NCBI GenBank assembly: GCA_040768585.1
Contig: JAXGMQ010000001.1
Span: forward strand, 1,675,224 to 1,739,223
DNA from: Caldisericia bacterium
Lineage (GTDB): Bacteria; Caldisericota; Caldisericia; JAAYUI01
Reading direction: 5' to 3'
DNA length: 64,000 nucleotides
The notes under the pieces: model-generated
Database searches by the model: none
The model's input: only the letters and a program-made list of their open reading frames with translations
Told to the model about the DNA's origin: nothing
Shown: positions 44,960 to 54,553 of the stretch, piece after piece
How positions within the stretch are numbered: position 1 is the stretch's first letter
How the letters are laid out: each line of letters opens with the position of its first letter
Program-made: the position numbers and the translations under genes

Positions 44960-47900
44960 CGAGTTTTACTCCAACCACCTTTGATGTGCCTGATGAGTCG
45001 AGTGTGATGCCATAGAGTGCATCGCACCACTTCATCGTTTCCTTGTTGTGGGTTATAACAACAAATTGTGTATCCTTTGCCTCTGTTCGAAGCAGATTTG
45101 TGAATCTTTCCACATTTGCATCGTCGAGGGCTGCATCCACCTCGTCGAGGATACAAAATGGAGAGCTCTTTGTTCTGAAGAATGCAAAAAGAAGAGCAAG
45201 GGCGCCGAGGGTCTTCTCTCCACCTGAGAGAGACTGGAGGCTTCTCATCCGCCTGCCAGGCAGCATAAACTCGACATGGACGCCGATTGTTGTGCCGTCA
45301 TCGTCTTTGATACGCTTTAGGTTCCCTTCTGCCCCAGAGAACAACACATCAGCTAGTCTCCGGAATTCCTTCTCAACCGAACGGTATACGCTCTCAAAAC
45401 TCTCATTGATACGAGCTTCCACCTCTTGCAGGGATGATCGCAGGTTTGCCTCTGTTTGTCCAAGGTCAGAAAGTTGTCCATCGAGGAAGTTGAGTCTTTC
45501 TTCAGCTTTCCTTGCCTCGTCTGTGGCTGTGAGGTTTACAGCCCCGTATTCTGCCAGTTGTCTTGTGCAATTGGAGAGCTCAAACTTCATTGACTCAACG
45601 TCTGTGTCCTCAATGTAGGCGTTCGGGTCACCACCAAAGTCGATGATATCGTTTATGACCCGTTCTTTTTTGGTCTTCTTCTCCATCATCTCAAGCTCAA
45701 TTTGGTGTGTTTCCTTGGAATACCTTGAGATTCTTGCACCAATTGTTTTTATCTGTTTCTGCCGTTCCTCTTCCTCAGACTCAAGATTCTCTCTGCCCTC
45801 CTGGCACTCCTTCTCGATTCTCTCGGTTCGCATGATGGTCATCTTTGCAGTGTTTAAGGTTCGTTCGCCTTCAATAATCCTGCCGGCTATCTCCTTGCCC
45901 TCTATCTCAAGCGCCTTGCATCTTTCTTGGGTTTGATTGATTTGCTCCTTCAGAGATTCAATCTCAGTTGTGCTTCCCTCGAGTTCTTTCTTCGCATCCC
46001 TGAGTTCGATCTCCTTCTTGTTCAAGTTTGCCTTTGCCTCGGCCAGCTTCCTCTCGAAGTCAGCCCTTTCCTTGTGCGCTTGCAATGACTTCTCGTCGAA
46101 ATCGCTCAGGTTTTTGCCGGCATCCCTTGACGCTTGTATCGAGACCGTGAGTCTGTTCTGAAGTTCTTCAAACTCGCCCTCAAGCTCCTTGATTTGAGAG
46201 GTGAGTTTCTCGCCATTTTCCTTTTGGGATTTTATATCGCTCTGTCTTTTTTGCTCAGATTTTTCAACCTCGATAATCTGTGCCTCAATTGAGCTGATGT
46301 TTTTTGATAGTTCGTGTTCGTGCACTCGCAGGTCTTTGGTTTGTTGGTTTTTTTGTTCTATTTCTTGCTTTGCCCGGTTGATTTTCTCTTGCAACTCCAA
46401 AGACGAGTTGGTTTTGTCCTTGAGCGATTTTTCAAGTTCTTCGATTCTGCTCTTTATTGAAGATTCACTTATTTTCTCCCTGGCTCTTGAAATGAATTTC
46501 CCTTTGAGAGTTATGAAGCCGTCTTTTGTGATCGCAATCGATCTGCTTGTCTCGAGTGATTCACCGAGTGAGTCACAAAACTCCACATCGACATCGCCGA
46601 CAACTATGGTGGTGTCAACACCTTCAGGCACAACGTTTGGCAAATCGAACGCCTTGTCCTTCTCCACAACAATCCAATCGAGCTGGTTTTGAATGAGATT
46701 TTTCTGCTCATCACTGAATTTCGATAGGTCAACTTTTTCATGAAGCAATGGATACCCGCAGGACGAAGGGAGGAACTCTAGTCTTTCAAGGGTTTTATTG
46801 AGGTTTGAAATCTCGCTGTTTATTGTTCTTGTTTCAGCGCTGTTCTGAGCTTGTTCGACAGTCAATTTGTCAAGATTGCCCCGTATATCCTCGACTTCCG
46901 AAACGTTTGTATCGATTTGTTTTATGATGTCGGCAAGTTTGATTGGTAAGTCGGAAAGAGAAGGTGCTTCCTTCATCTCTTGTGATTCAAGTTTTGATAA
47001 GGTCTCTGTGGATTGTCTGTATCTCTCTCTTTGGATGGTGAGTTTCGACTCGCAACTTGAGAGTTCGGAACGAATCTGGTTTGTTTCTCTTTTGACTTTA
47101 TCAAGAATCGATTGGAGTTTAGTCCTCTCTGACTTGTTTTCTCCAACTCCGATGCTTGAGTTTTCAATCTCTTCGAGTCTTCCTCTTGAGGTTTTGTAGT
47201 CCTCCTCAAGATCTGCTATCGCTTTCATCAAGTTTTTTGTTTGGGTTTGTCGAGAGACAATCTTCCCATTCGCCGATTCGATGTTTAAGAGGTTGTTGTG
47301 GAGTTCAGCCTCGATTTCCTTCGACTTTTCCTGCATGTGTTCGAGTTCTGAGGTGACCCTCGTTTGGACAACAATCGCACCTTCTCGCTCTTTTTGAGCA
47401 ACGTCCCTGTTTTTGGCAAGCTCAGACAACTTTGTTGCGTTATTGGTGTTGCCCTCAAGCAGGTTGAGTTCATCCTGACTCTCGTTGCCTTTGATTTTTA
47501 TCATGGAGATTTTTGAGGACAACGACTCAAGACCCAGCGACAGTTCTCTCGACTCGATAAGGAGGAGCTGAAGCCTTAGGTGTGACGCCCTCTCTCGAAT
47601 CTGTTCATATTTTTTCAGAATCTCGGCTTGAACCTGAAGTCTCTCGTAGTTGTGCTTTTGTTCGGAAACACTTGCATGAATTTGCGCCATTGCTCCCTGA
47701 GCTTTTTCGATTTTTGCCTCAACGGAGCGTTTTGTGGCTTTCATGACGTCTACTCCAGCGAGTTCTTCCATGGTAGTAAGTCTCTCACCTGGAGTTGCTG
47801 CGAGCACAAGGTCGACCTCTCCCTGACCAACAACCGAATAGGTTTGTTTGCCAAGACCAGTTCCCCTGAAGAGATTCTCAATATCCTTGAGTCGACACTT

Positions 47901-48260
47901 CTCACCCGATATCTCGAACTCAGATTCGCCGCTCCTGAATATTCTGCGGGTTATGATTGCCATATCGGCATCAACGGGATAGACGCCTGCTGAGTTGTCA
48001 AGCTCGATTGTTACCTCGGCAGCTGAGAGAGGCTTTTTGTCTCCGAGCCCGGCAAAAATCACCTCACTTGGTCTTCCAATCCTAAGCAAGCTGGTTGTCT
48101 TTTCGCCAATCCCCCACCTGATGGCATCAACCAAGTTACTCTTGCCTGAGCCATTTGGGCCAACCACAGCTGTGAGTCTATCCGAGAGCTTGAGTTCAGT
48201 CCTATTTGCAAATGTTTTAAAGCCTTTAATGGTTACTGCTTTTATCGACACTCGCACCAT
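44937..48260 (-). CDS. smc: Chromosome partition protein SMC.
   Basis: N-terminal IKGFKTF...AVVGPNGSGKSNLVDAIRW. Long coiled coils. Hinge. C-terminal LSGGEKTLGALALLFA and D-loop ILDEVDAALD. Start trimmed to MVRVSIK. Confidence 0.85.
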   Translation of the reverse strand: MVRVSIKAVTIKGFKTFANRTELKLSDRLTAVVGPNGSGKSNLVDAIRWGIGEKTTSLLRIGRPSEVIFAGLGDKKPLSAAEVTIELDNSAGVYPVDADMAIITRRIFRSGESEFEISGEKCRLKDIENLFRGTGLGKQTYSVVGQGEVDLVLAATPGERLTTMEELAGVDVMKATKRSVEAKIEKAQGAMAQIHASVSEQKHNYERLQVQAEILKKYEQIRERASHLRLQLLLIESRELSLGLESLSSKISMIKIKGNESQDELNLLEGNTNNATKLSELAKNRDVAQKEREGAIVVQTRVTSELEHMQEKSKEIEAELHNNLLNIESANGKIVSRQTQTKNLMKAIADLEEDYKTSRGRLEEIENSSIGVGENKSERTKLQSILDKVKRETNQIRSELSSCESKLTIQRERYRQSTETLSKLESQEMKEAPSLSDLPIKLADIIKQIDTNVSEVEDIRGNLDKLTVEQAQNSAETRTINSEISNLNKTLERLEFLPSSCGYPLLHEKVDLSKFSDEQKNLIQNQLDWIVVEKDKAFDLPNVVPEGVDTTIVVGDVDVEFCDSLGESLETSRSIAITKDGFITLKGKFISRAREKISESSIKSRIEELEKSLKDKTNSSLELQEKINRAKQEIEQKNQQTKDLRVHEHELSKNISSIEAQIIEVEKSEQKRQSDIKSQKENGEKLTSQIKELEGEFEELQNRLTVSIQASRDAGKNLSDFDEKSLQAHKERADFERKLAEAKANLNKKEIELRDAKKELEGSTTEIESLKEQINQTQERCKALEIEGKEIAGRIIEGERTLNTAKMTIMRTERIEKECQEGRENLESEEEERQKQIKTIGARISRYSKETHQIELEMMEKKTKKERVINDIIDFGGDPNAYIEDTDVESMKFELSNCTRQLAEYGAVNLTATDEARKAEERLNFLDGQLSDLGQTEANLRSSLQEVEARINESFESVYRSVEKEFRRLADVLFSGAEGNLKRIKDDDGTTIGVHVEFMLPGRRMRSLQSLSGGEKTLGALALLFAFFRTKSSPFCILDEVDAALDDANVERFTNLLRTEAKDTQFVVITHNKETMKWCDALYGITLDSSGTSKVVGVKLDEKYTRE

Positions 48261-48320
48261 TCTAGCGTCTTTGCGAGTCAATTCAACGCTTGATGAAATT
48301 GTATTTATTGAATAGAATCT

Positions 48321-48845
48321 TTGGTTGTGGAAAAACAATTTATCTACAGAAATTCCAAGGAGAAGACGACACAGGTCGTTGGTCTTGGAGTCGTGGGTTT
48401 TCTTGTGTTGTCATCCCTTGTCTTGTTTGTTTTCAAGCTTATTGGACTCGACCCCGCTATCATGGCTTTTGTGAATGTTGCAGTCCTTATTACAATCTCC
48501 CTCTATGTTTTGTCCAAAATCAGACCCACTCATTCTTTGGACGTCTTCCTCGATTCACAGGAGGGAATGATTGAAGTTGGAAGAAAACAGATAAAAAGAG
48601 GGGACATAAAAAATATTTTCATACTCAAGTATGGTGGTAAATCTGACAGGCATGTGTTCAGGATTGGTGGACTGGAAATCGACACGCTCAACTATCCCGA
48701 TGCCCACAGATTGAACACCCTCCTGCCAAAGGCGTTTCCAGACGCACAAATTGATGTGAGAAAAACAAAAAATATCTTCACATCACTGGTGTTTATTGGT
48801 CTTTGCGTCTCTTTGTTGCTGTTTATCCTCTATTGGGTGATATAG
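48321..48845 (+). CDS. Small membrane protein (N- and C-terminal TM helices) of unknown function.
   Basis: Hydrophobic VVGLGVVGFLVLSSLVLFVF and LVFIGLCVSLLLFILYWVI. Diverges from smc. Confidence 0.4.
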   Translation: MVVEKQFIYRNSKEKTTQVVGLGVVGFLVLSSLVLFVFKLIGLDPAIMAFVNVAVLITISLYVLSKIRPTHSLDVFLDSQEGMIEVGRKQIKRGDIKNIFILKYGGKSDRHVFRIGGLEIDTLNYPDAHRLNTLLPKAFPDAQIDVRKTKNIFTSLVFIGLCVSLLLFILYWVI

Positions 48846-48847
48846 CC

Positions 48848-49954
48848 GTGTCAATCTATCTTGACAACAACTCATCAACATTTCCGAAACCAAAAGAGGT
48901 AAGGAAGGCCGTTGAGGAATATTTGAATGAGTATTGCACAGTCCCTAATGAGTTTGGAAATTCACTCTCAAAAAAGGTTAATGGACATATCCAGTCCGCT
49001 AGAGAGAGCGTGGCAAAGCTCATTGGAGCAAGCAGCGATGAGATTTATTTTGCAAACAACTCTCAGAACGCATTGATGAAAATTCTGGAACTTTTGACGA
49101 TTTCTGGTGACAGAATCATCACGTCTGAGGGAGATTCACTACTTCACCACGATATCGCGAATATGCAGTCCGTTAGGGGTGTTGAACACGCAAGGGCTCC
49201 CTTTGATTCAAACCTTGGGGTGAAGGCGGCGAGTATAAAAAAGGTTGTAGGTTCCACTAAGGTTGTGGCTCTCTCAGCCATGAACGCAATAACAGGTGCA
49301 ATCCTGCCAATCGATGAGATCGCCAGAAATTGTAGTCAAGCGGGTGCGGTGTCGGTCTTTGACCTGTCTGACATCATTGGATATTACCCGATTGATGTGA
49401 AGGTTTTGGATGTTGATGTTGTCTACTTTGATACCCATAAACATCTCTTCGGCTTGCCTGGTTTGGCGTGTGTTTATGTGAACAAGAGGGTTCTTGACAA
49501 GCTGAAAAAAGAGGTGACAGACGACCTCTTTACACTGGGTGAGAAAAACATCGCAGCGATAGTGGCACTTTCTGCTGGCTGTTCCTTCGTGCTACGGGAG
49601 AATGTCGAAAGGATAATCAACCACATCAGAACGCTCCGAAATGTTTTGCAGGGAGTTCTGGAGATGTGCAATTCAATTGATATCATTGCTCCAAACACTA
49701 AAAATTCTGGTTCTGTGCTTTCTTTTACTGTCAGGAACCACATGCCCAATACTCTTGTAGGGCTTCTTGAGGAACGTTTTGGGTTGCTTATTGGGCATGG
49801 TCTGCTTGGGAATCCAGGCACGTGTCGTGCTGTGGGTGCCTTCCCAAATGGCGTGCTGAGGGTATCCATGGGGCTGTTCAACGCCATGTCTGACGTAGAG
49901 TACTTGGGTACTTCTATCGAACGTCTTTTGTCTGAGGTAGGTAAAAGAAGATGA
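48848..49954 (+). CDS. Class V aminotransferase-fold protein (cysteine desulfurase-like, divergent).
   Basis: VSIYLDNNSST... N-terminus. PLP-Lys context FDTHKHLFGLPGLACVYV. Confidence 0.65.
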   Translation: MSIYLDNNSSTFPKPKEVRKAVEEYLNEYCTVPNEFGNSLSKKVNGHIQSARESVAKLIGASSDEIYFANNSQNALMKILELLTISGDRIITSEGDSLLHHDIANMQSVRGVEHARAPFDSNLGVKAASIKKVVGSTKVVALSAMNAITGAILPIDEIARNCSQAGAVSVFDLSDIIGYYPIDVKVLDVDVVYFDTHKHLFGLPGLACVYVNKRVLDKLKKEVTDDLFTLGEKNIAAIVALSAGCSFVLRENVERIINHIRTLRNVLQGVLEMCNSIDIIAPNTKNSGSVLSFTVRNHMPNTLVGLLEERFGLLIGHGLLGNPGTCRAVGAFPNGVLRVSMGLFNAMSDVEYLGTSIERLLSEVGKRR

Positions 49955-51150
49955 GAAAAATTGCCGTTTTTGCTTCTGTTGTGTTGTTCGTTTTTGCGAG
50001 TTGTTCATCAACTGTCAAGATAGACACTGAGAGTGGCGACTATGCCGCCTGGAAAACACCCAGAGGATCGTTCTACAACAGCGCCTCGTCCATCTACTCC
50101 CCAGAACCGCCGTATGCCGTTGTGTGGGAGAAACAACTCCCAAACCCAACACAGGCAACCGTTGTCGCTGCCTCAACCATTCTCATCGTGACAGACGATG
50201 AGAGCAATATTTATTGCCTGAACCAGGAGGATGGTTCGGTTGTCTGGAGCAGGAAGCTATCTGAGAAACCTGCTGACATCCAGCCGATTATCGGTGTCAA
50301 TACCATTTTTTGCTTCGATGGAAACAGCAACATCCTCTGTCTTGATGTAAACGATGGAAGCACAATCTGGTCGACTGAGATCGACGGCAATATTGTTGGC
50401 TGGCCGATTATTGATGGAGGAAAGTTGTGGTTTGTGACCGAGTCTCTCCTTTACTGTGTTGAAGAGACCAAGGGAACAGTCATCAAAACAAAAGGCTTTG
50501 ATTGTGAGTTCACACAACCCCCGTCGCTGCAGAGATATCTCTATTTGGTTGCAGGCAACAAGATTATCGCTGTTGATGACAAAACATACAACGAGGTTTG
50601 GAGCCTCTATTTTCAAAACGATATCATAGGACCAATCGCTTGCGTGCGAAACCTTCTGTATGTGGTAGATGGAAGGCTGTTCCAGCTTGATGATACAACA
50701 GGTGCGGTCATAGGCTCTTACAAATATCTCATGCCAACGACATCCGGTGAGATAATCGATTCCCCGGAGTACCTTGTGAATTTGGTCTCTCCTCCTGCTG
50801 TTTACCAGAATGTTATTTGTGTTGGCACGAGTCAGGGAACTGTGATTGGACTCAATGAGCAGCTTCAGCTTCTTTGGTCGTTGGGGGTAACACTCCCCGT
50901 CGAATCACAGGTGACCATCGGCGCAGACAAGGTTTATTTTGGTGGACAAAATGGGAAGGTGTATGTTGGTTCTGTGGCAGATGGCAGGTGGCTTTGGCAC
51001 AACAGCTTCAAATTCATGGATAAGGACGACCCCGTTATGTCGGCAATCACACTTCTTGATAACAGATTTTTCGCGGTATCTGTTTCTGGCATCATAAAGA
51101 GATTCGATATCGGAGGAGAACCGATGACAAGAGATGAGATGATAAACTAG
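49951..51150 (+). CDS. Lipoprotein with PQQ-like beta-propeller repeats (BamB-like fold).
   Basis: Lipobox VVLFVFASC. Repeated NIYCLNQEDGSVVWS / NILCLDVNDGSTIWS / KIIAVDDKTYNEVWS units. Confidence 0.7.
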   Translation: MRKIAVFASVVLFVFASCSSTVKIDTESGDYAAWKTPRGSFYNSASSIYSPEPPYAVVWEKQLPNPTQATVVAASTILIVTDDESNIYCLNQEDGSVVWSRKLSEKPADIQPIIGVNTIFCFDGNSNILCLDVNDGSTIWSTEIDGNIVGWPIIDGGKLWFVTESLLYCVEETKGTVIKTKGFDCEFTQPPSLQRYLYLVAGNKIIAVDDKTYNEVWSLYFQNDIIGPIACVRNLLYVVDGRLFQLDDTTGAVIGSYKYLMPTTSGEIIDSPEYLVNLVSPPAVYQNVICVGTSQGTVIGLNEQLQLLWSLGVTLPVESQVTIGADKVYFGGQNGKVYVGSVADGRWLWHNSFKFMDKDDPVMSAITLLDNRFFAVSVSGIIKRFDIGGEPMTRDEMIN

Positions 51151-51413
51151 TCCACTTGGATTTGTCCGCTCTTTCTGTATTGCCCACCCACTTCATTAAT
51201 TGGATTTCCGTCTGGAGTTTTGTGTTTTTTTTGCATTAGGTCATTCTCTTATTAGTAACAGAGGGTGTTCTGAAATGATCACCTAGATGCTGCGACTCTG
51301 GTTGGAGGGGAGTATCACTTTTTGAGCGTTATCTGCGTCAAATGAGTTGACTGACCACCAACAAACCCAACGAGTCCACCGAGATTTTGATGAATAATCC
51401 AGTACATTCAAAC

Positions 51414-51455
51414 TAAATAAAAAATCCCCGGCACCCAAAAACGTGTACCGGGGAC
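51414..51455 (-). terminator. Rho-independent terminator for the 51490..54498 gene.
   Basis: Minus-strand hairpin CCCCGGTACACG...GTGCCGGGGA followed by TTTTTTATTT. Confidence 0.55.
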
Positions 51456-51489
51456 GGTAATATCCCTGAAACTCTGGCGGATGGTTGTC

Positions 51490-54400
51490 TTATTCCACTA
51501 GAACGTGGATGTGTTTGTAGAGAGTTACAGCCTTTCCAAATTCATCGGTGACATTGGTTCGGATCAGGTAGTCCCCAGGTTCGGTGTATGTATGCGTCAA
51601 CTTGTGCAACATGCTCTCTCCAATGACGAATGTATCAGACTCAGTTTCATCACCCCAGTTAATCGTTGAATTGAATGGGCTGCAGCCGCTGTGGATCCTC
51701 AGCTCGCAATTGAGTTTCTCATCCACCTTGACGATATTGTTTTTGCCGATGTCCTCAATGAAAAGCTCGACCTGGGGTGTCTCACAACCAGGGCGAGATG
51801 ACTTGATTGTGATTGCCATCTGAGCGTTCAGCCTGTCCTTGAGACCCGTCACCTCTGCGCTGTTTGTGATGATGTCTCCGGCTTTGAGATGTGTATTGGC
51901 TTTTATTCTGCAATAGACAACGATATCGTACTTCTCACCCGGTGGGATTTCGTCAAAACGCCACTCAACAGTGTTCGCTTTAACGCTACCCACAGGATTA
52001 CTCATGACGTACTCAAGGTCATTTGGTAGGTAATCAAACACTTTAATGTCCGTGGCTGTGCCATTGCCTTTGTTACCAACTGTGATGATGTATTTTACAA
52101 CATCGCCCACAGCTGCCATGGAGGATTTAGCCGTCTTCTTTGCGAATATCTCTGGTTTTCGAACAAGCACCTTTACTTCTTTGGAAGCCACGAAGTAGTC
52201 GTTAGTGCCACCGTTTCTCTTGCTTACTGTTGCGTTTATCATCGGCTTAAACCAGACGGCGGGAGTGCCACATGGCGCTTTTATGTAGAGATTGGAGTAG
52301 ACAATGTTTTTGTTCCTCTCGCTGATCCCCTGCTGTGGGTTGAAGAAGTATTCCAAATCGCCAAGGTCGTAGGGATTCGCGATGTTAAGCTCGTATTCAA
52401 ATTGATCATAAAGCCAGGGATTTTTGAGCCTGACGGTAAAGACCTTCCAGTCACCGCACTCATCAAGGTACTGATAGTCTGGCTGAACATGAAGGAAATT
52501 TCCTTCATATGGGATATTGTTACCGATGAAGTTGCGATTCTCGATATCGTTACTACCAAAAGGACTTTCAAGGAAAGCGCTATCGCTGAAGAAAGTGGAG
52601 CAGTAGTAGTATGGCGGATTTATATTCGGAGGAAATGGGTTTGTGTTGTACCTTATATAGAGGGTGTATTCGATTGGTTCGCCGGTTTCACTATCGACAA
52701 TTGGCAGGTCTTCAAGATCAATCATTAATATATTTGTGTACATGTGAGACGAATAGTACGTGGGTGAGATCACCCCCCAGCCATAGTACGGAGGTGGAGC
52801 CAAAAGTGACTTGTAGTATATTTTGTATCGTGCCAGAGGATTCATTTGAGGATCTGCCACCGAAACCGTAACAAATGCATTATTGAAAAACATGTAGAGA
52901 AATCTCTTGCCAGGTTCTCTTTGAAATACGAGCGAATACTCGTATGAGGTGAACAGTTGGATTGATGTCCAACCTTGGTATCTTGTGTTGTAGAATGGAA
53001 TTTTGTGGTTGAGTATAAGTGGGTTTGAGTCAAGGGGACCTTTTCTGGCTCTTGCATAGACAATATCTGTCTGTTCGGCGCTCCAAAAATCCATGAAATG
53101 CATCGAGCCAACACCAATCAACTCGAAATCGTCCTCTCCAATTACGTATGGTGTAACATCGACTGCTTTTCCATATTCATTGGCGTGAAGATACGAATAA
53201 CCCGTCAGCTCATTGAAACCAACGAAATGTGAACCATCCCAGTAGGTCAAAGCGGAGCTGATTCCTGATCCGTTTACGTCGGAATACATTTGGTTCCAAG
53301 TGATAACAGGGAATTGCTCGTAGCCCATGAGGTCGATTTTGGGATTCTCTGTTTCACCAACGGTTTGTGTTTCGGCGACAAACGAGAAAGGATCGATTGA
53401 ATTCTTGTATCCCCTCCAACTGCCAATCCATCTGCTGCACGCTACACCAACCCTGTTTGAGAGAGGAATACTTTCATTCCAAACAATGATTGGGTTGCCA
53501 TAGTTATCAATTTTGAAATCGGGATAATGCGACTCCCCGTCGGGTGTGTTTGAAACGTTGGTGGACTGGTTTGGGTTGCCCAGAAGGTCTTCCCAGATGC
53601 CATCATCGCGATTCCATCTGGCCATCATTATTTCGCTCTCGGAGTTCTCCCAACACACGATCGGAATGCTGTTGTACACCTCAATCGTTGGCGTGTATTT
53701 CTGGGTTTCATCCTTTGTAACAACGGTCATCTGGGCTTGAGCGGGGTTAATACTGCCATATGGAGCAACATCGCCGTCAAGGTGTTCCCATGTCTCTGTG
53801 ATGTAGCTCATCCTGGAGGTGACAACTTGCCAGTAGCCATTTATCAGTTTGAGCCAAACCATGTAGATATACTCATCATCATAGGCAATGTCGAAGTCTT
53901 TGTGGTTGAACTTGTATTCAGTGTCTCCGTTTATGACCGGTTCCCACTCCGGACTGTCGACAGCGCTCTGAACACGCTTTACATAGTAAAGACTCGAACC
54001 ACTTGGAGTAGACCAGCTTGCCACAAGATATGGATAATCGTCGTAGAAGTTGCCATACATGGAGTAATTTTTCTTGAGAGCGAGCATCACCTTCGAGCAA
54101 GAGGTGAGGAACCCTGAATCACGGTCGACAACATCATCCAACCCGTGGGTTCTCCGTATTGGTGGGCCATACATGCTCTTATAACCCTTCCAGGACACTC
54201 CATCAAAACGAGCATATGCTGGAAGAAAAACACCCTTGTCATATGTGTCAATCCACGCCAGATGCATCACATCGTCGCTTATCCTCTTGAAGTCGGGCTT
54301 CTGCGAGAAGTTAGGATTGCCAAAGATTGTCGTCGTTTTGTATGTTTCTATTATTTGCTGACCGTCGTACACATGATGCTGTCCGTAGAGCCCATAGATA

Positions 54401-54498
54401 CGCCAGTGTCCAGAATTCCCATTGCCCGATACCGTGCCAGGAACGATGGAACCCAACAAAATAGCAGCAGCTATCAATATACTAGTCTTTGCTCTCAT
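51490..54498 (-). CDS. Large secreted protein (1002 aa) with a DUF11-type conserved repeat domain and a C-terminal PKD-like domain.
   Basis: Signal peptide MRAKTSILIAAAILLGSIVPG. DUF11-like VGDVVKYIITVGNKGNGTATDIKVFDYLPNDLEYV. PKD-like INWGDETESD...HTYTEPGDYLIRTNVTDEFG. Confidence 0.65.
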   Translation of the reverse strand: MRAKTSILIAAAILLGSIVPGTVSGNGNSGHWRIYGLYGQHHVYDGQQIIETYKTTTIFGNPNFSQKPDFKRISDDVMHLAWIDTYDKGVFLPAYARFDGVSWKGYKSMYGPPIRRTHGLDDVVDRDSGFLTSCSKVMLALKKNYSMYGNFYDDYPYLVASWSTPSGSSLYYVKRVQSAVDSPEWEPVINGDTEYKFNHKDFDIAYDDEYIYMVWLKLINGYWQVVTSRMSYITETWEHLDGDVAPYGSINPAQAQMTVVTKDETQKYTPTIEVYNSIPIVCWENSESEIMMARWNRDDGIWEDLLGNPNQSTNVSNTPDGESHYPDFKIDNYGNPIIVWNESIPLSNRVGVACSRWIGSWRGYKNSIDPFSFVAETQTVGETENPKIDLMGYEQFPVITWNQMYSDVNGSGISSALTYWDGSHFVGFNELTGYSYLHANEYGKAVDVTPYVIGEDDFELIGVGSMHFMDFWSAEQTDIVYARARKGPLDSNPLILNHKIPFYNTRYQGWTSIQLFTSYEYSLVFQREPGKRFLYMFFNNAFVTVSVADPQMNPLARYKIYYKSLLAPPPYYGWGVISPTYYSSHMYTNILMIDLEDLPIVDSETGEPIEYTLYIRYNTNPFPPNINPPYYYCSTFFSDSAFLESPFGSNDIENRNFIGNNIPYEGNFLHVQPDYQYLDECGDWKVFTVRLKNPWLYDQFEYELNIANPYDLGDLEYFFNPQQGISERNKNIVYSNLYIKAPCGTPAVWFKPMINATVSKRNGGTNDYFVASKEVKVLVRKPEIFAKKTAKSSMAAVGDVVKYIITVGNKGNGTATDIKVFDYLPNDLEYVMSNPVGSVKANTVEWRFDEIPPGEKYDIVVYCRIKANTHLKAGDIITNSAEVTGLKDRLNAQMAITIKSSRPGCETPQVELFIEDIGKNNIVKVDEKLNCELRIHSGCSPFNSTINWGDETESDTFVIGESMLHKLTHTYTEPGDYLIRTNVTDEFGKAVTLYKHIHVLVE

Positions 54499-54553
54499 AA
54501 CGGCTATAATTTAACCTGTGTTGCCCATCTAGTCAACATGAGGAGTTGTGTGA

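Noticed and set aside
48261-48338. 26-aa N-terminal extension on the SMC ORF (MFFHNQRFYSINTISSSVELTRKDAR)
   Set aside because: The conserved SMC N-terminus begins at MVRVSIKAVTIKGFK. The upstream Met has no RBS. Treated as ORF-caller over-extension.

The many S/L-rich antisense ORFs inside smc (45043..48315, + strand) are likewise rejected as shadows of a coiled-coil gene.
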